DNA of 64,000 nucleotides from assembly GCA_035546035.1 (NCBI GenBank), contig DASZXC010000014.1, forward strand, positions 1,323 through 65,322, read 5' to 3'. Every line of letters starts with the position of its first letter. Position 1 is the first letter of the stretch. The notes under the pieces were generated by a model. It ran no database searches. It saw only the letters and a list, made by a program, of their open reading frames with translations, and had not been told where the DNA came from. Below are positions 47,039 through 55,612 of this stretch, piece by piece. Source of the DNA: Minisyncoccota bacterium. GTDB lineage: Bacteria > Patescibacteriota > Minisyncoccia > Phycocordibacterales > UBA6065. The translations under genes were made by a program, and so were the position numbers.

Positions 47039-47810
47039 AAGGCCTGGGCAGGGAAGGACGGCGACTCTCGTCGTCGGCGGGCTCGCTCTCGTCTTTGCCA
47101 TAACCTATTTCTTTCCGGCGTTCTTTCCGAGCGTCTTTTTCCCCGTAGGCTCGCTCTTCTGGAAAGCGGAGAGCTCGAGCGTCGGCTTCTTCGTCTCCAT
47201 GGGCAAGATCGTCCAATCGAAATACAGCCTCGTCGAAGAGAATAAGCGCCTCTCAGAAGAAATCGCCGCGCGCGATAGGTCAGTCCTTATGCTCGATGAT
47301 ATACAGAGCGAGAACGAGCGTCTCAAGAACGCCCTTGCCCGCACGGGCAAGGGAAGCTATGTCCTGGCTGTCATCCTGACCCGGCCGCCGGTCTCTCCCT
47401 ACGATACGCTCGTCCTCGACGTCGGGACCAAGGACGGCGTCACGGTGGGCGACAAAGTATATGCCGAAGGCGACGTCCTCATCGGCGACATAGCCGAAGC
47501 CTACGGCGGCGAATCCAAAGTGTCTCTTTATTCCATGCCGGGGAGGAAGACCTCTATCCTCGTGGGCACTTCGACCATCGCCGCCGAGGCGATCGGGCGC
47601 GGCGGCGGCAATTTCATATTCACGCTTCCGGCCCAGACGCCCCTGGTCGAGCGTTCTACGATCTCTGTCCCTTCGATCAAATCGCATACATTCGGCATCG
47701 TGGACAGGATCATGGTGGATTCCACCGACTCGGTCCAGACCATCCTTTTCCGCTCGCCGGTCAATATCAGCGAGCTCCGCTTCGTCGAAGTAGATAAAAG
47801 CTTCCGCTAA
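47016..47810 (+). CDS. mreC: Rod shape-determining protein MreC
   Basis: TM, coiled coil ENERLK, YDTLVLDVG..DGV; position after mreB. Confidence 0.88.
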   Translation: MTYLKRSKRPGQGRTATLVVGGLALVFAITYFFPAFFPSVFFPVGSLFWKAESSSVGFFVSMGKIVQSKYSLVEENKRLSEEIAARDRSVLMLDDIQSENERLKNALARTGKGSYVLAVILTRPPVSPYDTLVLDVGTKDGVTVGDKVYAEGDVLIGDIAEAYGGESKVSLYSMPGRKTSILVGTSTIAAEAIGRGGGNFIFTLPAQTPLVERSTISVPSIKSHTFGIVDRIMVDSTDSVQTILFRSPVNISELRFVEVDKSFR

Positions 47811-48061
47811 TGCCGCGCATCGCTTTTAACGTCCTTCTCGCCATATCGCTCTTCTATCTGCCATGGTGGACGGGCGCCTTGATCGTCGTCTCGGCGTGCT
47901 TCCTCGTCGATCATTTCTATGAAGCCGTGCTCTTCGGTATGCTTGCCGACGCCTTTTACGGGACCGAGTTCGGTTTCCATGGGTTCTCTCATATAGCCGC
48001 GCTCTATACCGCCATGGTTCTCGGGTTCGCGTCCATCGTCCGAAACAGGCTCGCATGGTAA
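47810..48061 (+). CDS. Small membrane protein at the mreD position
   Basis: 83 aa, hydrophobic, GMLADAFYG motif, between mreC and pbp2. Confidence 0.65.
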   Translation: MPRIAFNVLLAISLFYLPWWTGALIVVSACFLVDHFYEAVLFGMLADAFYGTEFGFHGFSHIAALYTAMVLGFASIVRNRLAW

Positions 48062-48071
48062 TATAGCGGCA

Positions 48072-49760
48072 ATGAATTTTCGCCGCCCGAAATCGTTCGT
48101 CAGGCGAGAGCTGGACCCTGACGAGATATTCCTCGACTCCGAGAACCTTCCTGGCTTCGACGTGCACCAGTTCGAGGGCCGCATCGAGCGCCCGGTACCG
48201 CGCGGCTCTATGGCGGCGCTCTCCGTCGCGTTCGTCGTGCTCCTCGCGCTGCTCCTCGGCCGGGCATGGGTCCTTCAGGCCAAAGACGGCGGCGAATATA
48301 GCCTGATGAGCGAGAACAACGCTCTCGAAGAGACGACCGTGTATTCCTCCCGCGGAGCGATATTCGACAGGAACGGCATAAAGCTCGCCTGGAATACCTT
48401 CGACGGCACCAATACCGATTTTGCCATCCGCTCGTACATAGAGCAGCCAGGCCTCTCCCATATCCTCGGCTATATAAAATATCCGACCAAGGACAAGCAG
48501 GGAAACTATTATCGCAAGGACTATCAAGGCATCGCCGGAGTCGAGAAGGAATACGACGGCGAGCTCCAGGGCGAGCACGGCCTCAAGATCGTCCAGACCG
48601 ACGCCGTGGGAAAGGTCGCGTCCGAATCCGTCGTCCGTCCGGCTAAAGACGGCGAGAATATCACGCTCTCGATCGATTCCGTCCTTCAGGAAAAGCTGTT
48701 CGGGGGCATACAGGAGCTCGCCGACAGAGTGGGCTTCACCGGCGGCGCGGGCGTCATCATGGACGTGCATACGGGCGAAGTGATAGCCCTCACGAGCTAT
48801 CCTGAATATTCGAGTCAGATCATGTCCGACGGTTCTGATTCGAAGACGATAGCCGGGTATCTGACCGATGAACGGAAGCCGTTCCTCGACCGCATCATAT
48901 CGGGCCTCTATGCGCCGGGATCTATCGTCAAGCCGTACGTCGCCATCGGCGCTCTCGAAGAGAACGTCGTATCGCCGGACAAAGAGATCCTTTCGACCGG
49001 CTCGATAAGCATCCCGAATCCCTATTATCCTTCGATCAAATCCGTGTTCATGGACTGGAAAGCGCACGGCCTCGTGGATATGAGGAAGGCCATCGCCGTC
49101 TCGTCGGACGTCTACTTCTATGAGATCGGCGGCGGCTTCGAAAATCAGCCAGGACTCGGCATAGACAGGCTCAATAAATACTTCAGGATGTTCGGGCTCG
49201 GCTCCAATGACGAGACCGGCTTCTTCGAAGGGCCTGCGGGGACGATCCCGTCGCCCGCATGGAAAGACAAGGTATTTCCGGGCGACCCGTGGCGCATCGG
49301 CGACACGTATTTCACGTCGATCGGCCAGTACGGCTTCCAGGTGACGCCGATACAGATGCTCAAGGCGCTCACGGTGATCGCCAATAACGGCACATATCTC
49401 CATCCCACCCTTATAAAGGAAGCTACGTCGACGCCTGTCGAAGGGAAAGCCATACCCGTAGACCCGGATCATCTCGAGATCATCCGCGAAGGCATGCGAC
49501 AGGGCGCTCTCATCGGCACGGCGAGCGGCCTCAATGTCCCGTATCTCGAAATCGCCGCCAAGACGGGCACCGCCCAGCTCGGCGTATCCAAGGCATTCGT
49601 CAACTCGTGGGTCACCGGCTTCTTCCCGTACAAGGATCCCAAGTACGCCTTTGTCGTCATGATGGAGCACGGTCCGACGACGAACGTCTACGGCGCTACA
49701 TACGTCATGCGCGGCCTGCTCGACTGGATGCACCAGACCGGCTCGCAGTATATAGAATGA
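48072..49760 (+). CDS. mrdA: Penicillin-binding protein 2
   Basis: RGAIFDRNG, PGSIVK, SSDVYFY, KTGTAQ. Confidence 0.92.
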   Translation: MNFRRPKSFVRRELDPDEIFLDSENLPGFDVHQFEGRIERPVPRGSMAALSVAFVVLLALLLGRAWVLQAKDGGEYSLMSENNALEETTVYSSRGAIFDRNGIKLAWNTFDGTNTDFAIRSYIEQPGLSHILGYIKYPTKDKQGNYYRKDYQGIAGVEKEYDGELQGEHGLKIVQTDAVGKVASESVVRPAKDGENITLSIDSVLQEKLFGGIQELADRVGFTGGAGVIMDVHTGEVIALTSYPEYSSQIMSDGSDSKTIAGYLTDERKPFLDRIISGLYAPGSIVKPYVAIGALEENVVSPDKEILSTGSISIPNPYYPSIKSVFMDWKAHGLVDMRKAIAVSSDVYFYEIGGGFENQPGLGIDRLNKYFRMFGLGSNDETGFFEGPAGTIPSPAWKDKVFPGDPWRIGDTYFTSIGQYGFQVTPIQMLKALTVIANNGTYLHPTLIKEATSTPVEGKAIPVDPDHLEIIREGMRQGALIGTASGLNVPYLEIAAKTGTAQLGVSKAFVNSWVTGFFPYKDPKYAFVVMMEHGPTTNVYGATYVMRGLLDWMHQTGSQYIE

Positions 49761-49817
49761 TGTGGTATGATACGCGCCATTAGTTAGCCCGCGCTATATA
49801 AAGCATAACAAGCCGTC

Positions 49818-50285
49818 ATGACCGACAGCACCAAATACCTTACGAAAGAGAAGTACAAGGAGCTCGAGAAAGAGCTCGTCGACCTCAAGACCGTAAAGCG
49901 CAAGGAGGTCGCTACGAACCTTGAATATGCCCGCTCCCTCGGCGACCTTTCGGAGAACGCCGAGTACCAGGAGGCACGCGAGCTCCAGGCTACGATCGAG
50001 GACCGCATCGCCAATATCGAGAACACCCTCAAGACCGCCGAGATCGTGCATGAAATGCACGGAGACAGCGTCTCCATGGGTTCCGTCGTCACTGTCGAGA
50101 AAACCGGCGCTTCCGGCAAGCAGAGATTCGTCATCGTCGGCTCCGACGAGGTAGACACCGTCGCGGGCAAAATATCGAATCAGTCGCCGCTCGGCTCCGT
50201 CTTGATCGGCAAGCGAAAGGGCGAATCGGTCTCGGTCAAGACCCCGAAAGGCGTTTCCGCATACAAGATCGTCGCGGTAGAATAG
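49818..50285 (+). CDS. greA: Transcription elongation factor GreA
   Basis: GDLSENAEY and ISNQSPLG. Confidence 0.97.
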   Translation: MTDSTKYLTKEKYKELEKELVDLKTVKRKEVATNLEYARSLGDLSENAEYQEARELQATIEDRIANIENTLKTAEIVHEMHGDSVSMGSVVTVEKTGASGKQRFVIVGSDEVDTVAGKISNQSPLGSVLIGKRKGESVSVKTPKGVSAYKIVAVE

Positions 50286-50291
50286 TCTTGC

Positions 50292-51854
50292 ATGGCATCT
50301 ATAGATGAAATAAGGAAAGCGAGGCTCGGCAAGATCGAGCTTTTGAAGAAGGCGGGCATGGATCCGTATCCTTCGAAGGTTCCTCGCGACATGTGCCTCA
50401 AGGACGCCAAGGCGTCTTTCGCCGAGTTCGAGGCGAGCGCAAGGGCTCTATCGCTCGTCGGTCGCATCATGGCCATCCGCGGCCAGGGCGCTATCCTGTT
50501 CGTCGTCCTCGACGACGGTAAAGATAGGCTTCAGGCCGTATTCAAGAAAGACGAGCTCTCCGCCGACCTGTTCAAGCTCTTCGGCGAAGCCGCCGATATC
50601 GGGGATTTCATAAGTGTCACCGGCACGCTCTTCAAGACCCAGAGGGGAGAGCAGAGCGTCCTGGCGAAATCGTGGACCATGGCGTCCAAATCGCTTTTGC
50701 CTCTGCCTGAAAAATGGCACGGCCTCGAGGACGAAGAAGAGAGGCTTCGCAAGCGCTATCTCGATATGGTTATGCGGCCGGAGCTCCGCGACCTTTTCGT
50801 AAAGAAGGCCAAATTCTGGGACGTTACGAGGAATTTCCTCAAAGACAACGGCTTCCTCGAAGTCGAGACGCCGACCATCGAAGTCACGACTGGCGGCGCC
50901 GAAGCGCGCCCGTTCAAGACCCGTCATAACGACTACGGTATAGACGTATTCATGCGAATATCCGTCGGCGAGCTTTGGCAGAAGCGCCTCATGGCCGCCG
51001 GCTTCAACAAGACGTTCGAGATCGGCCGCATATACAGGAACGAGGGATCGAGCCCGGAGCATCTTCAGGAATTCACCAATATGGAGTTCTATTGGGCATA
51101 TGCGAACTATGAAGACGGCATGAGGCTCGTCCAAGACCTCTATCGGGCGATCGCGAAGAGCGTCTTCGGCACGACGAGATTCGCCACGCGCGGGCAGGAA
51201 TTCGATCTCGCGGACGAATGGAAGAAGATAGACTATGCCGACGAAGTGAGGCGCGTCACCGGCATAGACGTCCTCACGGCCGATGAGAAGGAGATGGCTG
51301 CGAAGCTCCGCGAGCTCGGTGTCCCGTACGAGGGCGCCACGCGAGAGAGGCTCACCGACACGCTCTGGAAGCATTGCCGCAAGAAGATCTCCGGTCCCGC
51401 GTTCCTCGTCAATCACCCCAAGCTCGTCTCCGCTCTCGCCAAGGAATCGAGAGCGAAGCCGGGCACCGTCGAGCGCTTCCAGGTGCTCCTCGCGGGAAGC
51501 GAGGTCGGCAATGGATATTCCGAGCTCAACGACCCGATCGACCAGGGCGCGCGCTTCGGCGAGCAGCAGCGGCTCATCGACCGCGGCGACGAAGAGGCGA
51601 TGATGCCCGACTATGAATTCGTCGAGATGCTCGAGCATGCCATGCCGCCCGTATGCGGCTTCGGATTCGGCGAGCGGCTCTTCGCATTCCTCGCCGACAG
51701 ACCTCTTCGCGAGACGCAGACGTTCCCGCTCGTGAAGCCGAAGGCGGAAAATCCGGAGAGCGCAGAGAAGAGAGAAAGGAAGGCGGGCGCCAAGAAAGCC
51801 GGCGTCATCGGAAAGATAAGATCGGCCCTGAAGAGAGCGAAAAAGAAGGAATAA
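50292..51854 (+). CDS. lysS: Lysine--tRNA ligase (class II), basic C-terminal extension
   Basis: LPEKWHGL, GGAEARPF, YRNEG, YSELNDP, MPP..GFG. Confidence 0.96.
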   Translation: MASIDEIRKARLGKIELLKKAGMDPYPSKVPRDMCLKDAKASFAEFEASARALSLVGRIMAIRGQGAILFVVLDDGKDRLQAVFKKDELSADLFKLFGEAADIGDFISVTGTLFKTQRGEQSVLAKSWTMASKSLLPLPEKWHGLEDEEERLRKRYLDMVMRPELRDLFVKKAKFWDVTRNFLKDNGFLEVETPTIEVTTGGAEARPFKTRHNDYGIDVFMRISVGELWQKRLMAAGFNKTFEIGRIYRNEGSSPEHLQEFTNMEFYWAYANYEDGMRLVQDLYRAIAKSVFGTTRFATRGQEFDLADEWKKIDYADEVRRVTGIDVLTADEKEMAAKLRELGVPYEGATRERLTDTLWKHCRKKISGPAFLVNHPKLVSALAKESRAKPGTVERFQVLLAGSEVGNGYSELNDPIDQGARFGEQQRLIDRGDEEAMMPDYEFVEMLEHAMPPVCGFGFGERLFAFLADRPLRETQTFPLVKPKAENPESAEKRERKAGAKKAGVIGKIRSALKRAKKKE

Positions 51855-51868
51855 GAGGACTCCCCGCG

Positions 51869-51892
51869 AAGCCGCTTAACAGAGCGGCTTTT
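51869..51892 (+). terminator. Intrinsic terminator after lysS
   Basis: AAGCCGCT / AGCGGCTTTT. Confidence 0.7.
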
Positions 51893-51908
51893 AACGTGCC
51901 GAAACGGC

Positions 51909-51984
51909 GTGCGCGAATGTGGATAACCGTGTATCATTGTGGGAGCAAGTGTTATAAAATATTTATCAAGTGGGAAAAAGTGGA
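51909..51984 (+). promoter_or_regulatory. MraZ operator-like phased GTG(G) boxes with overlapping DnaA box
   Basis: GTG at 51909, 51919, 51929, 51939, 51949, 51970 and 51980; TGTGGATAA at 51918-51926. Confidence 0.7.
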
Positions 51985-52032
51985 AAATCGATTTAGAAGG
52001 CGATTCTCCTCCGATAAAAATCCCACGAGACG

Positions 52033-52158
52033 ATGAAGATCATTCAAACGTCGTATGCGGTCGTCGGATCGAAGGATGCGAAAGGGCTCGTGATCACCAA
52101 GTTCCGCATCAAAGGCCTCCGGCTCCGTAGATTGGTGAAGGTCCCGAGGAAGAAGTAA
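52033..52158 (+). CDS. 41-aa basic uORF coupled to mraZ
   Basis: MKIIQTSYAVVGSKDAKGLVITKFRIKGLRLRRLVKVPRKK; TAATG stop/start overlap with mraZ. Confidence 0.5.
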   Translation: MKIIQTSYAVVGSKDAKGLVITKFRIKGLRLRRLVKVPRKK

Positions 52159-52592
52159 TGCTTATAGGCGAATATACACACTCGATAGACGAGAAGAACC
52201 GCATCTCGCTCCCGGTCAGGTTCAGGGAGAAGATGGGGAAGAAGGTGGTGGTGACCCCCGGTCTCGACCATTGTCTCTTCGTATTCGCGCCCAAGGAATG
52301 GGACAAGATATCGGGCCGCTTGGCGGAAGCGTCCCTCGGCCAGTCGGATAGCCGGTCGTTCAGCCGATTCATGTTCGGCGGCGCGGTCGAGGCCGACATT
52401 GACTCCATCGGCCGCATCCTCGTTCCCGACTATCTCCAAGAATGGGCGAACCTCAAGGGCAAGGTCTCCGTCGTCGGCGTCCACAGCCGCGTCGAGATCT
52501 GGAACGAGAAGACCTGGGCGACCCTCAAGAAGGGCGTCGCAGGCAAGAGCAATGACCTCGCCGAGAAGCTCGGCTCGGTCGGCGTGTTCTAA
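52158..52592 (+). CDS. mraZ: Transcriptional regulator MraZ
   Basis: GEYTHSIDEKNRISLP..FR, DSIGRILVP, VEIW. Confidence 0.97.
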   Translation: MLIGEYTHSIDEKNRISLPVRFREKMGKKVVVTPGLDHCLFVFAPKEWDKISGRLAEASLGQSDSRSFSRFMFGGAVEADIDSIGRILVPDYLQEWANLKGKVSVVGVHSRVEIWNEKTWATLKKGVAGKSNDLAEKLGSVGVF

Positions 52593-52613
52593 GCGGAGCG
52601 GGCATATACGAAT

Positions 52614-53501
52614 ATGCACGAGTCAGTTCTTTTAAAAGAAACGATAGAGGGTCTGGAAGTGAAGCCTGGCGACGTCGTCGTGGACGGCACGCTTGGAAGG
52701 GCGGGCCATGCCGTCGCCCTGTCGAAAGCGTCCCATGGCGTATTCGTCATCGGCATAGATAGGGATGAAGACGCTCTCGCCGAATCGTCGGCGAGGCTCG
52801 AAAAGGCCGGCGTCGGTTTCAGGCTCTTCAAAGGCAACTTCAAGGACATGGACCGCTTCCTCAGAGAGGCAGGCAAAGACCATGCCGACAAGATCGTCCT
52901 CGATCTCGGCGTGTCGTCGCCGCACCTTGATTCCTCGGGCAGGGGATTCTCGTTCAGGAATGACGAGCCGCTCCTCATGACCATGGAGAAGAGGCCGGGC
53001 AAGGATTCGTTCACCGCGCAGGATATCGTGAACGGCTGGGCGGAAGAAGACGTCGCCAACGTCATATACGCTTACGGCGAAGAGCGATACGCTCGGCGCA
53101 TCGCGAAGGCCATCGTCGCGGCGCGCGAAAAGTCACCGATCGAGACGACGCATCAGCTCACGGCCATCATAGAAGGCGCCGTGCCCGCTCTCTATAAGAG
53201 GGGCAAGATACACCCTTCGACGAGGACCTTCCAGGCGCTCCGCATAGCCGTGAATGACGAGCTCGGGAGCCTCAAAGCAGGGCTTCAAAGGGCGTTCGAT
53301 ATTCTGGCTCCGCAGGGCCGGATAGCCGTCATATCCTTCCACAGCCTCGAAGACCGCATCGTCAAGACGGCGATGAAGGAATGGGCGAAGCAGGGCAAGG
53401 GCGGCCAGATGACGAAAAAGCCCGTCGCGCCGACGGACGCGGAGATGGCGAAAAATCCCCGCTCCCGAAGCGCCAAATTGAGGATTTTCATAAAGCAGTA
53501 G
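52614..53501 (+). CDS. rsmH: 16S rRNA m4C1402 methyltransferase
   Basis: DGTLGRAGH, DLGVSS, FQALRIAVN, SFHSLEDR, NPRSRSAKLR. Confidence 0.97.
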   Translation: MHESVLLKETIEGLEVKPGDVVVDGTLGRAGHAVALSKASHGVFVIGIDRDEDALAESSARLEKAGVGFRLFKGNFKDMDRFLREAGKDHADKIVLDLGVSSPHLDSSGRGFSFRNDEPLLMTMEKRPGKDSFTAQDIVNGWAEEDVANVIYAYGEERYARRIAKAIVAAREKSPIETTHQLTAIIEGAVPALYKRGKIHPSTRTFQALRIAVNDELGSLKAGLQRAFDILAPQGRIAVISFHSLEDRIVKTAMKEWAKQGKGGQMTKKPVAPTDAEMAKNPRSRSAKLRIFIKQ

Positions 53502-53534
53502 CAGGAAACATTACACGCATTAGAACAGAAGACA

Positions 53535-53855
53535 ATGACACAGTATGTACAGGAAAAAGTAGAGCGATTGGAGCATCCCCTCACCGCATGGGCTCTTTTG
53601 GGCGTGATCGTCGCCCTTGTCCTCGCGTACGCGTGCTTCATAAACATGACGATAGCCAACATCGTCGCCACGAAAGCCACCCAGACGAAGATAACCGCTC
53701 TCACGTCCTCGGTCAGCTCGCTCGAATCGGCCTATCTCGCCGCAAAGTCGGCGATCACCATGGACGATGCCCTCGCCCAGGGTTTCAAACCGTCTTCATT
53801 CGACCCGGTCTATATATCCAAGGCTAACGCCGGCTCGCTCTCGTTTAATCGCTAG
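53535..53855 (+). CDS. FtsL-like bitopic protein
   Basis: TM + coiled coil + A...GF motif, between rsmH and ftsI. Confidence 0.65.
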   Translation: MTQYVQEKVERLEHPLTAWALLGVIVALVLAYACFINMTIANIVATKATQTKITALTSSVSSLESAYLAAKSAITMDDALAQGFKPSSFDPVYISKANAGSLSFNR

Positions 53856-53882
53856 GGGGATAAGCAAAGGTATAATCGCCTT

Positions 53883-55598
53883 ATGAGCATACTGCCGAAC
53901 CAGTTCCGGATACGGCTCATCGGGATAGTGATCGTCATCGCCGCGCTCGTCATCGCGGGACGTCTGTATTTCATCCAGGTGATGAAGCACGACGCGTACG
54001 CGGCTCAGGCCGAAAAGCAGTACGCATCCAAGAGCCAGACGCTCTTTGACCGCGGCACGATCTATTTCTCGCCGAAGTCCGGCGCGCCTCTTTCCGCCGC
54101 GACGCTGGGAAGCGGCTATGCCATCACGCTCGAGCCGCGCAAGATCCTTCATCCCGAAGACATCGTGAACGGCCTTTCCGGCATCATATCGTTCGACGAG
54201 AGCATGCTCCTCGCTAAGACCGCGAGCGGCAGCCCATATGCCGAGATCGCCCATCGCGTGGATGAAAAGACGGCAGAGCGCATAGAGGGCCTCGGCCTCG
54301 CGGGCCTTGGAGACTATAAGGAGCAGTGGCGCGTATATCCCGGAGGCAAGAGCGCGGCGAACGTCTTGGGATTCGTCGGCTATAACGACGACGGCATGAC
54401 GCTTTCGGGCCGCTACGGCCTCGAAAAGTCATATAATGACATCCTTTCGCGCGGCACGTCCGATAGCCATGTCAATTTCTTCGCGGAGATATTCTCGAAC
54501 GTGCGCGATACGTTCATACAGGACGATGCAGGGGAAGGATCGATCGTCACGACCATAGAGCCGACCGTCCAGGCGGAACTGGAAAAACGCCTCGCAGGCG
54601 TCGTCTCGACGTGGAAGTCCGACCTGACCGGAGGCATCGTCATGAATCCCTATACAGGCGAGATATATGCCATGGCGGTCAATCCGACCTTCGATCCGAA
54701 CGATTTCGCCAAAGAAAAGAATCCAGCGGTCTTCAAGAACCCTCTCGTAGACGGCGTCTATGAGATGGGCTCGATCGTCAAGCCGCTCGTCATGGCAGCC
54801 GGCCTCGATGCGGGCGTCATAACGCCGCAGACGACGTATGACGATACCGGCTTCGTCCTGGTGAACGGGGCAAAAGTCTCGAACTTCGACGGCAGGGCGC
54901 GCGGCGTCATCCCTATGCAGCGCATCCTCGACGAATCGCTCAACGTCGGCATGGCCTTCGTCGCCAAAAAGCTCGGCAACGATAATGTCACAAAATACAT
55001 AACCGCATACGGCCTCGGCGACGAGACGGGCATAGACCTGCCGGGCGAAGTCCACGGCAAGCTCGATAATCTCAAGGCTCCGCGCGACCTCGAGCACGTG
55101 ACGGCGTCGTTCGGGCAGGGGATCGCGATCTCGCCCATAGAGACGATCCGTGCGCTGTCTGCCCTCGGAAACGGCGGCTTCCTGCCCAATCCGCACGTGG
55201 TCAAGCGGATCGAATACGCCTCGGGCGACGTGAAGACGCCCTCATACGACGGGACGAAGCAGGTCATTAAGCCCGAAACGTCGGAGACGATCACCCGTAT
55301 GCTCGTATCCGTCGTGGACACCGCGCTCTTGAACGGCACGGTCAAATTCCCTCATTACACCGTCGCGGCGAAGACGGGCACGGCGCAGATGGCGAAAGAA
55401 GACGGGCGCGGGTATTATGATGACAGGTATCTCCACTCGTTCTTCGGATATTTCCCGGCTTACAAGCCGCAATTCATCGTGTTCCTCTTCACCGTCTACC
55501 CGAAGGGCGCGGAGTATGCGTCGCATACGCTCACCCAGCCGTTTATAGACCTCGCCAAATTCCTGATCAATTATTATGAAGTCCCGCCTGACCGCTAG
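53883..55598 (+). CDS. ftsI: Class B PBP (FtsI/PBP3)
   Basis: RGTIY, YEMGSIVK, SLNVG, KTGTAQ; dcw position. Confidence 0.9.
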   Translation: MSILPNQFRIRLIGIVIVIAALVIAGRLYFIQVMKHDAYAAQAEKQYASKSQTLFDRGTIYFSPKSGAPLSAATLGSGYAITLEPRKILHPEDIVNGLSGIISFDESMLLAKTASGSPYAEIAHRVDEKTAERIEGLGLAGLGDYKEQWRVYPGGKSAANVLGFVGYNDDGMTLSGRYGLEKSYNDILSRGTSDSHVNFFAEIFSNVRDTFIQDDAGEGSIVTTIEPTVQAELEKRLAGVVSTWKSDLTGGIVMNPYTGEIYAMAVNPTFDPNDFAKEKNPAVFKNPLVDGVYEMGSIVKPLVMAAGLDAGVITPQTTYDDTGFVLVNGAKVSNFDGRARGVIPMQRILDESLNVGMAFVAKKLGNDNVTKYITAYGLGDETGIDLPGEVHGKLDNLKAPRDLEHVTASFGQGIAISPIETIRALSALGNGGFLPNPHVVKRIEYASGDVKTPSYDGTKQVIKPETSETITRMLVSVVDTALLNGTVKFPHYTVAAKTGTAQMAKEDGRGYYDDRYLHSFFGYFPAYKPQFIVFLFTVYPKGAEYASHTLTQPFIDLAKFLINYYEVPPDR

Positions 55599-55612
55599 CC
55601 GAAACAAGTCGC

